Assembly: GCA_024137785.1 (NCBI GenBank)
Contig: JAHRHZ010000021.1
Span: 26,863,321 to 26,927,320, forward strand
Direction: 5' to 3'
DNA: 64,000 bases
DNA from: Ginglymostoma cirratum
Lineage: Eukaryota
The position numbers and the translations under genes are program-made. Positions 25,109 to 37,920 of the stretch are shown here, in pieces; the stretch's first letter is position 1; each line of letters starts with the position of its first letter. The notes under the pieces were generated by a model. That model made no database searches, was not told where the DNA came from, and was given only the letters and a program-made list of their open reading frames with translations.

Positions 25109-25441
25109 GGGCAGCAGATGGCTCAGTGGTCAGCATTGCTGCCTCACAGCTCCAGGGACCAGGGTTCAATTCAGCCCTCAGGCGACTGTCTATGTGGAGT
25201 TTGCATGTTCTCCCCATGTCAGCATGAGCTTCCTCCGGGTGCTCTGGTTTCCTCCTACACTCCAAAGATGTGCAGGTTAGGTGGATTCATCATGCTAAAT
25301 TGCCCATAGTATCCAGGGACGAGCAGACTAAGTGGATCAGCCATGGGAAATACTGGGTTACAGGGTAGGGGGGTTGGGTCGGTGTGGACCTAATGGGCCG
25401 AATGACCTGCTTCCGCACTGTAAGGATTCTATGATTCTATG
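25109..25441 (+). mobile_element. HE1-like V-SINE, full length
   Basis: tRNA-like head (tggctcagtgg, gggttcaattc), V-domain (gtggagtttgcatgttctcccc...cctccgggtgctctggtttcctcc) and CR1-like tail gattctatgattctatg. Confidence 0.92.
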
Positions 25442-25982
25442 CAGCACTTTAACTCCTGTCCTTATTTCAAAGTCAAGGTCCAACTGCTTTTCTCTCAACT
25501 AACAAATCCACAAATCCTCCCCAAATCTTTCCCCTGCTCTTGCCTGTCTCACCTCTTGCACTTGTCTGCTTGATCCACTCTCCATTTAATTTCTTGACTA
25601 CTCGTGCTGGTCTTCCTGCTTGCCAATATCAAAAGTGTTTTCTTCGTTCAAGTTCTGTCATTTTACCTTTCAAAAATATAGCCACAATTCAATCTCTCAA
25701 ATATACCTGCATTTTAACTGGCCTTTCTTCTGCTCATCTTGCTTTGAGATTTTTAACGGTGATTTTACCACCTAGTTCCATGCTCAAAGCCCTGTTCAAA
25801 AAGTTTTAGTCCATCTTGCATCCCATTTACTCAATTCACCAAGTAAACAAAACCAAACAAATCTACGCTCCATAGCATTAAACACAGCAAACCATAACAC
25901 CACACACCTCATCAATGTCTGCTCTTCCTGGTATTTTTACAGTAATAGAGAGATCCAAGAAAATCCTTTTGACACCAACCAC

Positions 25983-26926
25983 TGTTATGTCCCAGCTAAT
26001 GTTATTACCAGGGAAGTTAGATCCCAGATGGGAACCTACCTTGACAAATCATTTTTAAAAATTTGTTTTGGTTCTAACAAAGTGGTCATTTGCTAAATTA
26101 TAAACACAATGCTGCAAATATTGCTTTAATCATGAAAGATTTTTATTATAAAAGAAATGAAGATAAAATAGAACAATCTAAACCACCTACTCAAAATACA
26201 AATTCAAAAATTTTTAAACACAAAATAAAAATATCATCTCATTACCCCAAAACACTCTGTTATAAGGTGAAAAGTAACAGAATAGTATTTTTATGGTACC
26301 CATCATTCATATAATACTCAGAATTCTTGCATCTTACACCTTGCTACATTTAAGTTACTTGTGAATTCAAACTTATACTTGGACTATGATAGTTTTTTTT
26401 TACCTGGAGCTATCATACTAAAATGTACTTGGCTTTAAGTAATCTTTTCAGAGTGTTATCTCAACACTTTTGGCCTGGGACTAACACCAACTCTTCACTC
26501 CAACGTAACCTATTGATATATCCTTACCTTTTCAGGTACACTTTTCTACACAGCCATCCTATTCCAGGGTCTTCACAGGACTGCTCACTCAAAGTCAAAA
26601 GTAAAACTAAAAGAGTCTGTCTAGTTAAGCTAAAGGGCTCCCTTCTGTTTAAAACCAGTTCCTGAACTCTCTAACAATCTCATTAATTACATGCTGAGAC
26701 AAAAAACAACCTCAATAACCACTAGTCATCAGTGGTGCGCAAAACACATCTACTCTAAAGGCAGGCTTCAAAACTGTTCTTTTCAAAACAAATCACCATG
26801 GCTACAAAAATACTTATTAGTTAATAACTAGCTTCAGCCACATAGAAAACTCATTGGTTACTAACTAAAATATCAAAAACTCAAACTCACCACAAACAAA
26901 ATTAAAAATTATACATATGAATCACA
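25983..26926. mobile_element. Possible solo LTR
   Basis: Begins tgttat and ends atcaca. No TSD seen. Confidence 0.3.
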
Positions 26927-27664
26927 CTGTTCACATTACACCTATATTCTTCTTTGTTACAGACTTCACCTCCTCGTTGGCTGCACACTCAAATTGTACA
27001 TATAAACTTGGCTTTCCTAATCAATCTAGAGTTGAGTTTCAAATTGTATATCCATCACAAAGATCCTTTAGTTCAAACTGCGCAATATTGTTTGCATCTG
27101 TCCCTAACTCATCCTCTGGTTTCTTCTCAAACATTTTCATATGATAATGTATATGCGTGTATATATGTTTTCTAACCTTATTTTTATAGCTTCTTGTGTA
27201 TTGATGGCAAAATCTTCAACCATCCTGATATTACTTTCTAAACACACTTCCCCTGCATCCTTCTCTACCTATCTCTCTTTTTAATAGCCTGTCCACATTT
27301 GGCTTTCAGTTATCTGTGTCCTAACCCAGTTACCCCACCACATCCCCTCCCAAATTAGATCAAGGCATCAACTCATTTATTTTTCTCTCAAAATGTTTTC
27401 GTGATTATCTTCATTAAAAACACCCTATGATTATGAGTTGTTGTTGAAAGTAAACCTTCATATTATTTTCCCTCACAAAAAGAAAGTGTCTCAGATAAAG
27501 TTGGAATATGGATTGGTTTGATATCTGTTACCACAGATGTGCAAATTATGGGGAACTTTACTGGTGTTGAAAATGGCTTTCCTGGCTTTTTTGACAACAC
27601 ACAGCAGTGGCAGGGATTACCAATAACAAATCCTGGAATGTTCTGTGAATCATCGCTTTTACTG

Positions 27665-28365
27665 ATGAATGAATGATTTTATTGTCACGTGTATTTTACA
27701 GTGAGAAAAACAGTAAAATATAGTGAAAAGCTTTTCCATTGTCACCATGATCCAGCGCTGTTTTGAATCATTTTAAGAATAAGAAAAGAAAAAGATATAG
27801 CTTAAAGACAGTCCATCAGCCCTGAGCCAGCTCACCATCAATGATGCCTATGCTGCCATCCCTCCTCCACCACCTCACCACTGCCTACACTGGACCCAAC
27901 CAATGTTGACATCACCATCATTCAAGTGCCATCTTTCACTGCTGGGCCAATTCTCCTTTTGCCACTGCCTCGCCACCACCTGTGCCAGACCCACTAATTT
28001 CAAGTTGCATCTCTCGCCGCTGGGCCCACCTCAATGTCACTGTGATGTCCTTCCGCCGCTGCCAGTGCCAGACCCAAAAAACAACAAAGTTACCGATCCT
28101 CAGGCACCATCTTTCACTGCTGGGCCTACCTCGCCAATGTCGCCTCCACCACAGCTGCCAATTTTGATGCCAAGTCCCAAGATTACCCCAGAAAACCAAG
28201 TAGGGGCTCACCCAAGTCTGCACCGGGCCAACTGCTGCTGCTGCCATCCGAGGTCAGACAAGAGGTAAGTAAAGGAGAAGAAAAAGAAACAAGAAAGAAG
28301 TAATAAAGTGAAGCGGGTAGAACGGATGAGCCCAGGCTCATGAACCCTACTCCATCACAATCTTG
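27665..28365 (-). mobile_element. Non-autonomous LINE-derived element with internal duplication
   Basis: (GAAT)n followed by tttattgtcacgtgta...agtgaaaagc looks like a LINE 3' end on the minus strand. The C-rich body repeats ccatctttcactgctgggcc at about 27929 and 28107. Confidence 0.45.
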
Positions 28366-29859
28366 ATAACATACTTGAATCATGCAAAAATGCTCAGAGG
28401 TGTAGTCACAGACAGCTTTAGAATTGTTCACTAAATCAAGCCCTAGGTTCCTGAGAAAGACAAAAGCTTATCATAGGAAATCATTAAAATGCACCTAAAT
28501 GGACATAAGAAATGTTTTTGAGCAGGTACCTTGTGCCATCCTTGCAAGTTCTGAAAGTTTATGTACAGAACTTATTTCCACTATCAAGAAACTAAAAGAT
28601 TCAATAGTTGAATAAATTAAGTTTTAAAAGAAAATAACCAAAGAAAGCAAACACTAAATACGATTTTAGTTAATTCCCTATCTTCTAAAACACAGAATCA
28701 ATATAAATTAAACATGAACTAACATGCAAATTGCCATCAATGATAGACTATAAATTACATAATAAATGGCAGGTACAACTAAAACAGCTTCCAAAAATTG
28801 GTTCAGCAGGTCAAACAATGTTTGCATCATCAACGTTAGTCAGAAAGCCCTTCAAAACACTACCATGAAAATTTGACCACTTCCTTGAATAGTCTGATTC
28901 CCAGTTTACAGCAGGCTAAAACCAACCCATGTTCCACAGATATGGTCTTCACAAAAAAATGGCACTCTTCTGCAGAACCTTCTCAAGTTGGTATGGTTGG
29001 AATCAATCCACCAATGATATCTGAAAGTAATAGAAACAGCTCCAGCAACAATATTTTTGTTTATTCTCGGTTTCTGGATCTAGCCTCTATCTTCTTCATT
29101 CTGCCTTTACTGCACCATTGGACTCATCACCCACTGAGCTTCAATGGCTGTCTCCTTCTATGTAGTTTCAACCAGGGATTTTGGTTTTCAATCTCAATTT
29201 CAGCCTTAGTTTCCTTAGCAACTCGGAAGGTCTGTTTGCTTTCTCGGTTTTCCTTTCCAATTAGCGTATGTCTCAAAAACTACAAGCTTTCAATCATGGA
29301 TTCCATCACAAACTCACAAAAATGGCCATGTACTCCAGACAAGTTAATGGGCTTGGTGAATTTCCATGTATTACATCCTTAAAGGAGGGTGTTAAAATTA
29401 AGTCTGTCTTTTTAGGTGCAAGGACACTATCAGGCATTTTTTAGGTGCTAAAAATATTAAATTGGTAACGGTGAACCAAGTAAGTGGCTTTGTAGAGAAT
29501 GTTACAGTCATTCATCTTCAGTTAAAATCAAATTACTCAATGGTAGTGGACTAAATACTGATTTAAAATGCTTATTCTATGGTAAATCCATTTTCAGCTG
29601 CAGGAATAAAAAAAGAACATGTTAATACTCGCAACAAACACACCAATGTACTTGACACCAAGAAAAACAAAGCATTCTAAATCATTACCTCACTGTGGTT
29701 GTTCATGAACAAATTTTGTGTTGTGGTTATGCAAATAAATTGAGTTTGAGCTTAAACTTTAACTTTGTTCTGCCAAACTAGTACACTTTGCACCAGATCA
29801 TCAACTGCACTCAAAGCAGGTACTCCACTCTTGGTTGTCAACAGTTTGTTTTCTTTATT

Positions 29860-30490
29860 TCTTCACAGGGTGTGGGCATCACTGACAAGGTCAATCTTTG
29901 TAACCGATCTCCAATTGCCTTTGATTTTCCCAATTGCTCATGAACTGCTTCAGCCTATGTGCCATCGGTATTCCACAGCACTATCAGAAAAGAATTGCAG
30001 GTATATGACTCAATAACAATGAAGGAATAGAATCAGAATGGCATGCAACTTGGTGTAGATCTAAGAGGCATTTGTGCTCCCTGTTGCCCTTGACTTTCTT
30101 TGATGCAGAGGTTACAGGTTTCAGAGATGGTATGAAGAAAGGCTACTCTGGGAGACGCATTCTGATATAGTCTTGCAAGGCAGCAAAGACTTACTGTGTT
30201 GTCTCTGACTCCAGTATCTGTAGTTCTTGCTATCTCCGAAAGACTTTTTGGCTCTTTGCACATTTCTGGTGCTCGAATCTGGTGCTTAGGTCAATCCCGG
30301 TGAGGGGGTGTGCTCTTTCAGTTCTGTTTTTATTATGAATTATTGTTGCAGGTTTGACACAATTGACTGGCTTGTTAAGGCACTTTAGATGGCAGTTCGT
30401 CAACAATAAAGTAAGGACGGCAGATTTCTTTTATAAAGGTTGTTAGTGAACCAACTGGCAATTTTGTGACTACCATACTAGCTTCTTATT
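29860..30490 (-). mobile_element. Decayed LINE 3' end (family of the 9.0 kb copy) plus SINE family 3 fragment
   Basis: gtgtgggcatcactgacaagg...ccaattgcc and agtaaggacggcagatttc...gttagtgaacca match the other copies. Confidence 0.55.
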
Positions 30491-30499
30491 CTAGGCTGT

Positions 30500-31300
30500 T
30501 GCATTAGAAGTTCTGCAAAACACTTATTTTACTCAGTTGTTGGAATTCATTTCTGCCCCTGTACCAACTCATTATTGCTGCAAACCTTGTCCATATTTTG
30601 TTTACATCCAAATTTAACTATTTCAATGCTCTCATGGTGAGCTTCCCAGCTTACAATCCTCAAAACTTAAACTAATCTAAAACTCGGCTCATGTGCCTAA
30701 AACCAAAGGACACAAGTTTAAGGTGAGGAGTTTAGAGTGGTTTAGAGGAGATCTAAGAAAAAAATTTTTCACCCAGAGGGTGATAGAAATATGGAACATG
30801 CTGCTTGAGAGGATGGTGGAGACAGGTACTCTCACAACATTTAACAAGCATCTGGATGAGCTCTTAAAATGATCAGGCATAGAAGGCTGTGGACCAAGTG
30901 CAAGTAAATGGGATTAGCGTAGGTTGGTGTTTATTGGTCGGCATAGACATGGTGGGCCAAAAGGCCTGTTACTATGCTGCATGGCTCTGTGAATCCTAAC
31001 TCAAGTCCTGTTTATCCATCATCTCTCTGATTTATTTTGGCTCCCGGTCTCCAAATGCCTCAACATTAAAACTCCTTGTGCTAAAATCTGTCTATCCCTC
31101 ACACCTCCAGCATCTCCAACCCACTTCAGCACTACAACACTGAAGGATCTCCACATTTCAACAATTTTGGTCGATTATAGACCCCCCCAAAAAATACAAA
31201 CTACCATTGCTTTAACTTGCCTGGACCCCAAGTTCTAGAATTCTCTTCAAAACAGCTTTGTCTCCTCCTATAATTCACTTCATAAAACCTAAATGTAATT
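30500..31300 (+). mobile_element. L2-type LINE fragment interrupted by a CR1 3' end (about 30695-30992)
   Basis: The CR1 part has aaggacacaagtttaaggtgagg, ttttcacccagagggtg and tgggccaaaaggcctgtt. The flanks have L2-like cctaactcaagtcctgtttatccatc and ttggctcccggt. Confidence 0.75.
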
Positions 31301-31499
31301 CACTTTTCTGCTTACAGTCCTCTGTAGTAAATTAAAAATAAACTGAAATTAAAAGATATTACATTATGGATGTTGTCGTTTGTCCTCCTCTTCTTTATCT
31401 TCCACCTTTTCCTAATCCAGTGCTTCCACAGCCCACTGGTAGAGAATTCAAGGCGTTCACTTACAAAGTTGAAATTTGTCTCCATGTAAGTCCTAAATG

Positions 31500-32740
31500 G
31501 CTTGCTCCTTATTCTGAGCCACATAATAAAACATCAAGAAAATTCACAGGCCCAACAAGGAACAAAATTTTACACGAAAGAACTTGGGTGATGTTAACGC
31601 AAATGCTTGAACGCTTAATGAAGGAGGTAAGTTTAGAGGACAGACATAGAGACAGAGGAAGGAAATACCAGAGATTATGACCTTGGCATGGCCACCAATG
31701 GTGCGGGGTTTAATTAAAATCTGAAATGTTCAAGGAATCACAGCTGGAGAAGAATACAAAATTATATGAGGATGGTGGGAAGGGGGTGGGTGGTGGGGAT
31801 CACCAGCTGGCAGTGGTGATGCAGTGGAGGGACTTTAGGACAAAAATGAGAATTCTAAAATCACGGCATTGTTTAACTAGGAGTTAATGCATATCAGCGA
31901 GCACAAGAGGGATAGGTGAGGGGGGCTTTTATAACATGGGAAGAATTTTGAACAATCTCAGTTTGCAGACTGTAGAACATGAAAGGCCAGCAGTAACCCA
32001 GGCACCAATGAGCATTTCAGACAGAGAACAGTTGAGCTAGTACAGAGACAGGTGATATTACAGAGGTAGAAATGAGTGATCTTAGTGACAGTGCAGATAT
32101 GAAGTTGGAAGGGCACTTTGGTTAAATAAGTCCAAACTTGTGAACATCTGATTAACACCACACATTGCCCCCAAACAGTGTGATAAAGGGACTAACTAAA
32201 GAACTGGGTTTGTCATGGATTAGTTCTGCCAATATTTAATTGAAAAAAATTTCCTTTGATCCAGATTTGACATAGAGCTGAGTGTCACCAGCATAATGTC
32301 TAAAACGAAGGTATGCTTTTCGATGATATGTTCGAGAAGCAGAAGCAGAAAGTATTCCTGAACCTGCTGATATCTGGTTTAACTTAGTGGTACGATGAGA
32401 CAAGGGCCTAACCTGGCAATGTTATGGAGGTGGCAATAGATGGATTTAGCAACGCCACGTATGTGTGGTTGGAAGCTTAGCTCAGGTTTAAATATGACAG
32501 CAGGTTTGTGAACAGGCTGGTTCAGACACAGATAGTCACTGAAAAAAGGATGGAGTCTGTAAGTGATCCATAAGACAGCAGCTCCAGTTTTCCCAGTATT
32601 TAACTAGAGGATATTTTTGCCTATCTGGTAGTGGATTTCAGACACGCTGTCTGATAAATTAACAGCAGAGGAGTTAAGATCAGTCGTCATAAAGAACAAC
32701 TTGGTATCATCAGCATACATGAGTTAATTAATGTTATAAT
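31500..32740 (-). mobile_element. L2-type LINE fragments (at least two pieces)
   Basis: catcatcagcatacatg reads YADD on the minus strand, the RT catalytic motif. Homologous to 46250-46870. Confidence 0.7.
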
Positions 32741-34739
32741 ATTATTGATCAACAGCGTATACACGAGAAGTCAGAGAAAACAGCAAACACCAGAAAGCAG
32801 GTAAAGAAGTCATTGAAATCCTGCTCCAATTACATGGATAAGAATAGGAGTCAGCATGTGCAGTCACATAGGATACCACTTGTAACTTTGATAAAACAAA
32901 TCTTTTGGAATTATTGCAACTTCCACAGCTGTCATTATTACAGATTGTTTAGTTATGCCCTTTTCCCTGTATTAACTATACTTCCTTACATTTAACTGGC
33001 TTAGTGAAATTGAAAAGGTGTTGTTATCCCTTATAAGCCTGCAAGACATTTTACATGCCTCTTAATGGCAGAATCACAGATTTTTGAAACCAGGAGGAAA
33101 ATAAACAACACTTCTGTAACATCAAGCAGGAGAAATAATTATAGTTGGCAGTTTTTGTTTGCAGCAATGGACTCCAGGCTGGAGGTTTCTCTACAGTTCA
33201 GAGAGCACATCCCACAAAAGAGTTGTGGAGTCGCCTGCAGGGTCATTTGAATTCTGAAGGAAGACTGCAGTAATGTCCAGACTCGATGTTCTGATATAGA
33301 CGTGACAGTATATTGAAAAGATACTTTTTAAAAGGCAATTGATTTTTGTGCAACTTCAGATTTACAGTAGTAATTTTATTTGACACCATTTATGTAAGTG
33401 CTGAATGGTTTTACAAAATGGTGATTAATTTATTTTATTTGGGCATTACACTTTGATCTGCACATAGTCTCCAAGGAACTTATGATTGATCTGAAAGCAC
33501 GATGCTCCAACAGTAGACATCAAAGTCTCAGATGTGATTTACAGGACAGTTTTGAAGATAAATGACGATCGGTGATCAACTCAGGTCCAGGAACTTACCT
33601 TCTTCCTACAAGAAGGTATTTCTAATATCTGCCCAATACTCCATATAATGGGCTGTGTCAAGACTCATCTGAAAAAAGTATCACTGTGTAATATTATGAC
33701 ACTTCTAAAAGAAAGTTTTCACAAAAGAAAGAGATATACATAGGAGAAAAATCTTATATTGCCATCCTCTACCCTAGACAAGAAAACAATCTGACAAATC
33801 TTGGGAAGGGAGACCGTGGAGGTGAAATGAAATAGGGCAACTGTGTCATGTGAAAACAAACCACCTCAATCATTTTCTCTATGTCAGCACTCTTTTTCAG
33901 CTCTTAAAACTTCCAATTGCAGATCACCTTGCTAGTCTTTGTATAATTATGTTCCACCTTGCCATAAATCATTCTCATCAGCTCTTAGTCATAAAAACAT
34001 CTCACTAGCAACAAATCTGATAGCCTATTATTCTTTAAGACCAACATGGTTGTTCAGCCTTTTCAATTTTGTCCTCCTACTTCCATAGCGGCAGACAGTT
34101 TTGAATATGATACACTGTTGTTTGCAGCATAAGCCTTGATGGAGGGATTGAGGTGGTTCTTTCTTGTAATTTTTTGTGGTCTATTTTTCCTTTTTAAGAC
34201 AAGGGTAGAACGTGAAGAACTCATGACATTATATGGAATGAAATCTGGGTCCAAAAGAAACTCCTTAATGGATTTTGGAGAGACACTGTTAATTCCATCT
34301 ACTTTTCAAGCAAATCATGGACCTTCATGGATTTCTTTCCCTTCTGAATGAAAAGTTGGACCTTCTTTAACCGATTACAAAAAAGCATATCAATTGAAGA
34401 ATGTTGTACACCAGCCTCAGAAATTGCACTAAACCGCACAGACACAAAATCACTGCTCTTTCCATTCAGCTTCCATGCTTCCCCATTCTAACACAATCTA
34501 CCAATAGAGGACTGCAGCCACCAGTAACGTATCAGTGCAAATAAAAGTGTGGTGTGAAAAATTAGATAGGTTCTCAATGGTTATACAGAGGACATAATAA
34601 TAATTTCCGGGCACTTTTAGAAGTAAATTAGCAGTGAGGAAAATCTAGCCTTGTATTGCTGTTCAATCAAAACAATATTTGAATTATTTTAGGTAGAAGC
34701 TTTAAGCATTGTAATGTATTTTTCTTTCTGCAGTCTTAT

Positions 34740-35520
34740 CTATGACTGCTGACTGAAACTTCAAATTTACATTCTGGCATACCCTTGACAACCTATCAAC
34801 CCTTTGCATAACAAGAATATATTTACCTCTGCCATAAAAATAACCAAGGACTTGACTACCGCCACCTTCCTTCAGGCAGAGTGCTCCAAAATCTCTCATC
34901 CTCCTCAGCGAAAAAAATTCAGCTCATCTCTGGGCATCTTTTAAATAATGACTCCTAGTTCTAGATTCTCCCATAAGCAGCAGCATCCTTTGCACAGCTA
35001 CACTATAATGCTATCTCAGGATCTTGCATGCTTCAATCAGGTCACCACTTACTCTTCCAAACTCAAGGAGATGCATACCCAGCCTGTCCAAACTTTCCTC
35101 ATGAAACAAATCCATCTCTTCCCCTCTCATTCCAGGTATTAGTCTCGTGAACATTGTGTTGGACATAGTTCAGACATTCTTGCTTTAAAAAAAAATGACT
35201 AATAATGTGCATGTACTCCAGAAGCAGTCTCATCAGTGCCCTGTATAATTAAAGCATACCATCCCTACTTTTGTATTTAAATCATCTTGTGATAAATTCT
35301 AACATTCTACTAGCTTTTGCAATTAATTGCTTTATCCACCTCCTAGCTTTTTATGAATCATACATGAAAACACCCAGATCCATCTGCATTCAGAGATGCT
35401 AAGAAATCTCTAACTACTTAGATTATATGCTGCTTTTTTCATTCTCCTTTGTCTCACAGACAATTTTACATTTTCCTACATTATACGCCATTTGCTACAT
35501 GTTTGCACACTCATTTAACA
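34740..35520 (-). mobile_element. CR1 LINE RT/3' fragment, decayed
   Basis: Shares cttccaaactcaaggag, tactccagaagcagtctcatcagtgccctgtata and ttttacattttcctacatta with the other CR1 copies. Confidence 0.75.
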
Positions 35521-36099
35521 TTTATTACCAATATCCCAAGGCATACAAAGAGGTTATCGTGAGTGTATTCCAAGGTTAAATCATTTCGAGGAAGCTCTCA
35601 AAGCTAGGGCCCCACTGTCTAAGTGATTAGGCTTAATGGTCCATCACTAAAATTTGAAAAGCACTGATGGTTGCTTTAATATCTATTTGGGACAGGAGAT
35701 GTGAATTCTTCATTTTTCCAAGAGGTCTTTGTCTTCAGTGGATTCGAAAGCATACCATCTCCATCCCAATGATTTGGAATATCCTATATCTAATGTACAG
35801 CAATGCAAATTGCAGCTATTTTTGGCAGCGATCTCAAGACGTCTTTTGTTTCTTTATTTTTAAATGTCCCTGTTTTTAAAACTTCAATTCCATGTCATCA
35901 GCAATGGATTTAAAATCATTAATTGACATGAAACATATTTGAAATGCAAGAGCTGCTGGTCACATCTGCATACTATTACCAAGTCAGCCTATTTCCACCT
36001 CAATAAAAGTCTATCTCAGCCTTCAAAATACTTAGCAGATCAACACTGACACTCTGAGCAGCAAAGAATTACAGATTCACCACTCTTTGAGAGAAACTC

Positions 36100-37087
36100 T
36101 GATGCTTACTGGCAACAGGTGAGTGCAGCCTTGATATAATAATTGAATATTGACTTGGGAGGAAGAAAATTTCAGGTGTAGATCTTGAAAGGTTAGACAG
36201 GTTTAGGATTTCAGTGGAGTAGATAACTTACTAATTCTTTTGTCAGATTGAAATGACATTTAGCTATGTATAATAAACAAATGGCTCAATGTAAGATTTT
36301 GTAGCATTCTTAAAGCATGCCCCTCAAAGTATGAACTATGTGGAGACACCCAAAGATGGGAGGAAGGGGCCGATTGGTGGCAGCAGAGAAAAGCACAAAA
36401 TTTTCGTAAAACCCATCTTCATTGTCTCTTGAATAAAATGTAAAAGAAAGATTTTCAAGAGTCCACAGAAAGAAACCTTAAATGTGTGCCTGGAGGAGGC
36501 GGCTTGCTTTTCCCTGAAACCCTCCTCAAAAAGTGAGCTAATTAAAAATCTCACTGTAAAAAGGACAGTTCTTAAGAGTGTTGTCTCTTGGAATGTCAAT
36601 CAACTGTACGATCTCCAGATAAAAAGACTTTAGCCAACTCTAACTGATCCAGGAAGGCTCCAGTGTGAAACATCATTTCAGCTGCAGACCAACTTTGGAA
36701 AATCTGTGAAAAATTCATTTTCCTGATTTTAACTGTTACTGGGCCAATTTATTCCTAACACAACTCTGCAGAGTTTTTGTATTCCTTTCCCAGACGTGGA
36801 AGTTTGTACTATATTTTCAAAAAGGATGGTTGTATGCATTTGCACAGTTTACACTCTTTGTTAAATAATCTTCATATTTTTGCTTGAGAAAGTTTTGTTT
36901 ACAATGAACTAGTTGTTTACTTATTGCATTAAAAAAAAGGCAGACTCAATTCTGATCCTGGGCTATAAACAATGCTGTATATAATTGGCAATATCATCTC
37001 CCCTTTTTAAATTCAAACATTGTTGTGACCAGTGGAAGACTAAACAAGGAAAGCAATCATTTCAACCCTCCTAACTCAGTTGTAATG
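36100..37087. mobile_element. Possible LTR-derived sequence
   Basis: Ends in aaccctcctaactcagttgtaa, an LTR-like terminus by recall only. Confidence 0.3.
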
Positions 37088-37164
37088 TCACCAACTAATG
37101 AGAATGACATAGCTAAGTAAATTTGCAGTGAAACTGGAGGGACGTATATGAACTAGCAAATACT

Positions 37165-37370
37165 CGGGGTTGCAAACTATCTTTCCAACTGAGCAAAGCA
37201 GGGTGATGCCAACAGTATGCGTCCAATTCCTATACGAGCTGAGGTTATCATGATGGTCCCACCTTCTCAATCTCATCCCTTGCCTGAGGTATGGTAACCC
37301 ACAGGTTAAACTACCACTAGTTATCTCTCTCTAATGAGACAGCTGATCAAGGGGACCATGATGACTTCAC
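37165..37370 (+). mobile_element. tRNA-derived SINE (family 1), second copy
   Basis: Homologous to 4636-4855 (gctgaggttatcatga, ccttctcaa, tgcctgagg, caggttaaac, ctctctaatga). Confidence 0.75.
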
Positions 37371-37469
37371 AGAACACTGCTAGTGAGGAATGTTAATTAA
37401 TCCTAATACAAGAGTGGGATAACAATATTGCAAATTTCACTGAAGAGTTTCTGTAGTGTGTTGAAGACA

Positions 37470-37920
37470 TTTTGTTGACATTACATTTCAATCCCAACAA
37501 ACAAGAACATTGCACTCAATTCAGGGCACTTCACCAGAAAGGATACTGAGGTTTCAAAGATGGTGTAGGAAAGATTTGCAAGAATGCTTCTGTGGATGAG
37601 GGAAAAGAATGCTCAGAGGAGATTTGGTAGGGGTGTTCAAAATCATAAGAGCTCTAAGGCAGAACAGACAGAAATAATTCCCATTGGCAGGAATGTTTTC
37701 TTTTATTCTGAGTGGAGTGAATGGTTAAGTTCTCGAAAGTACTGCCTGAGAATGTAGTGGGGTTAGATTCAAGTGCAGCTTTCAACAGGGAATTGCATAA
37801 TTTCCTGAAAACAGAAAATTTTCAGACCTTGGCAAAAGATCAAGACAAGCTAAATTGCTAATTCGGAGGGCTAGCACAGACACAACAGGCTGAATAGATT
37901 CTTTCTGTTCTATGATTCCA
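37470..37920 (+). mobile_element. CR1 LINE 3' fragment, old
   Basis: ggagatttggtaggggtgttcaaaatcat and the tail tctgttctatgattc. Confidence 0.65.

Noticed and set aside
28873-29382. 169-aa plus-strand ORF
   Set aside because: No recognisable domain. It may be the antisense of a decayed L1-like ORF1, but the evidence is too weak to call.
34063-34310. Minus-strand ORF in unique sequence
   Set aside because: No convincing splice sites or homology.
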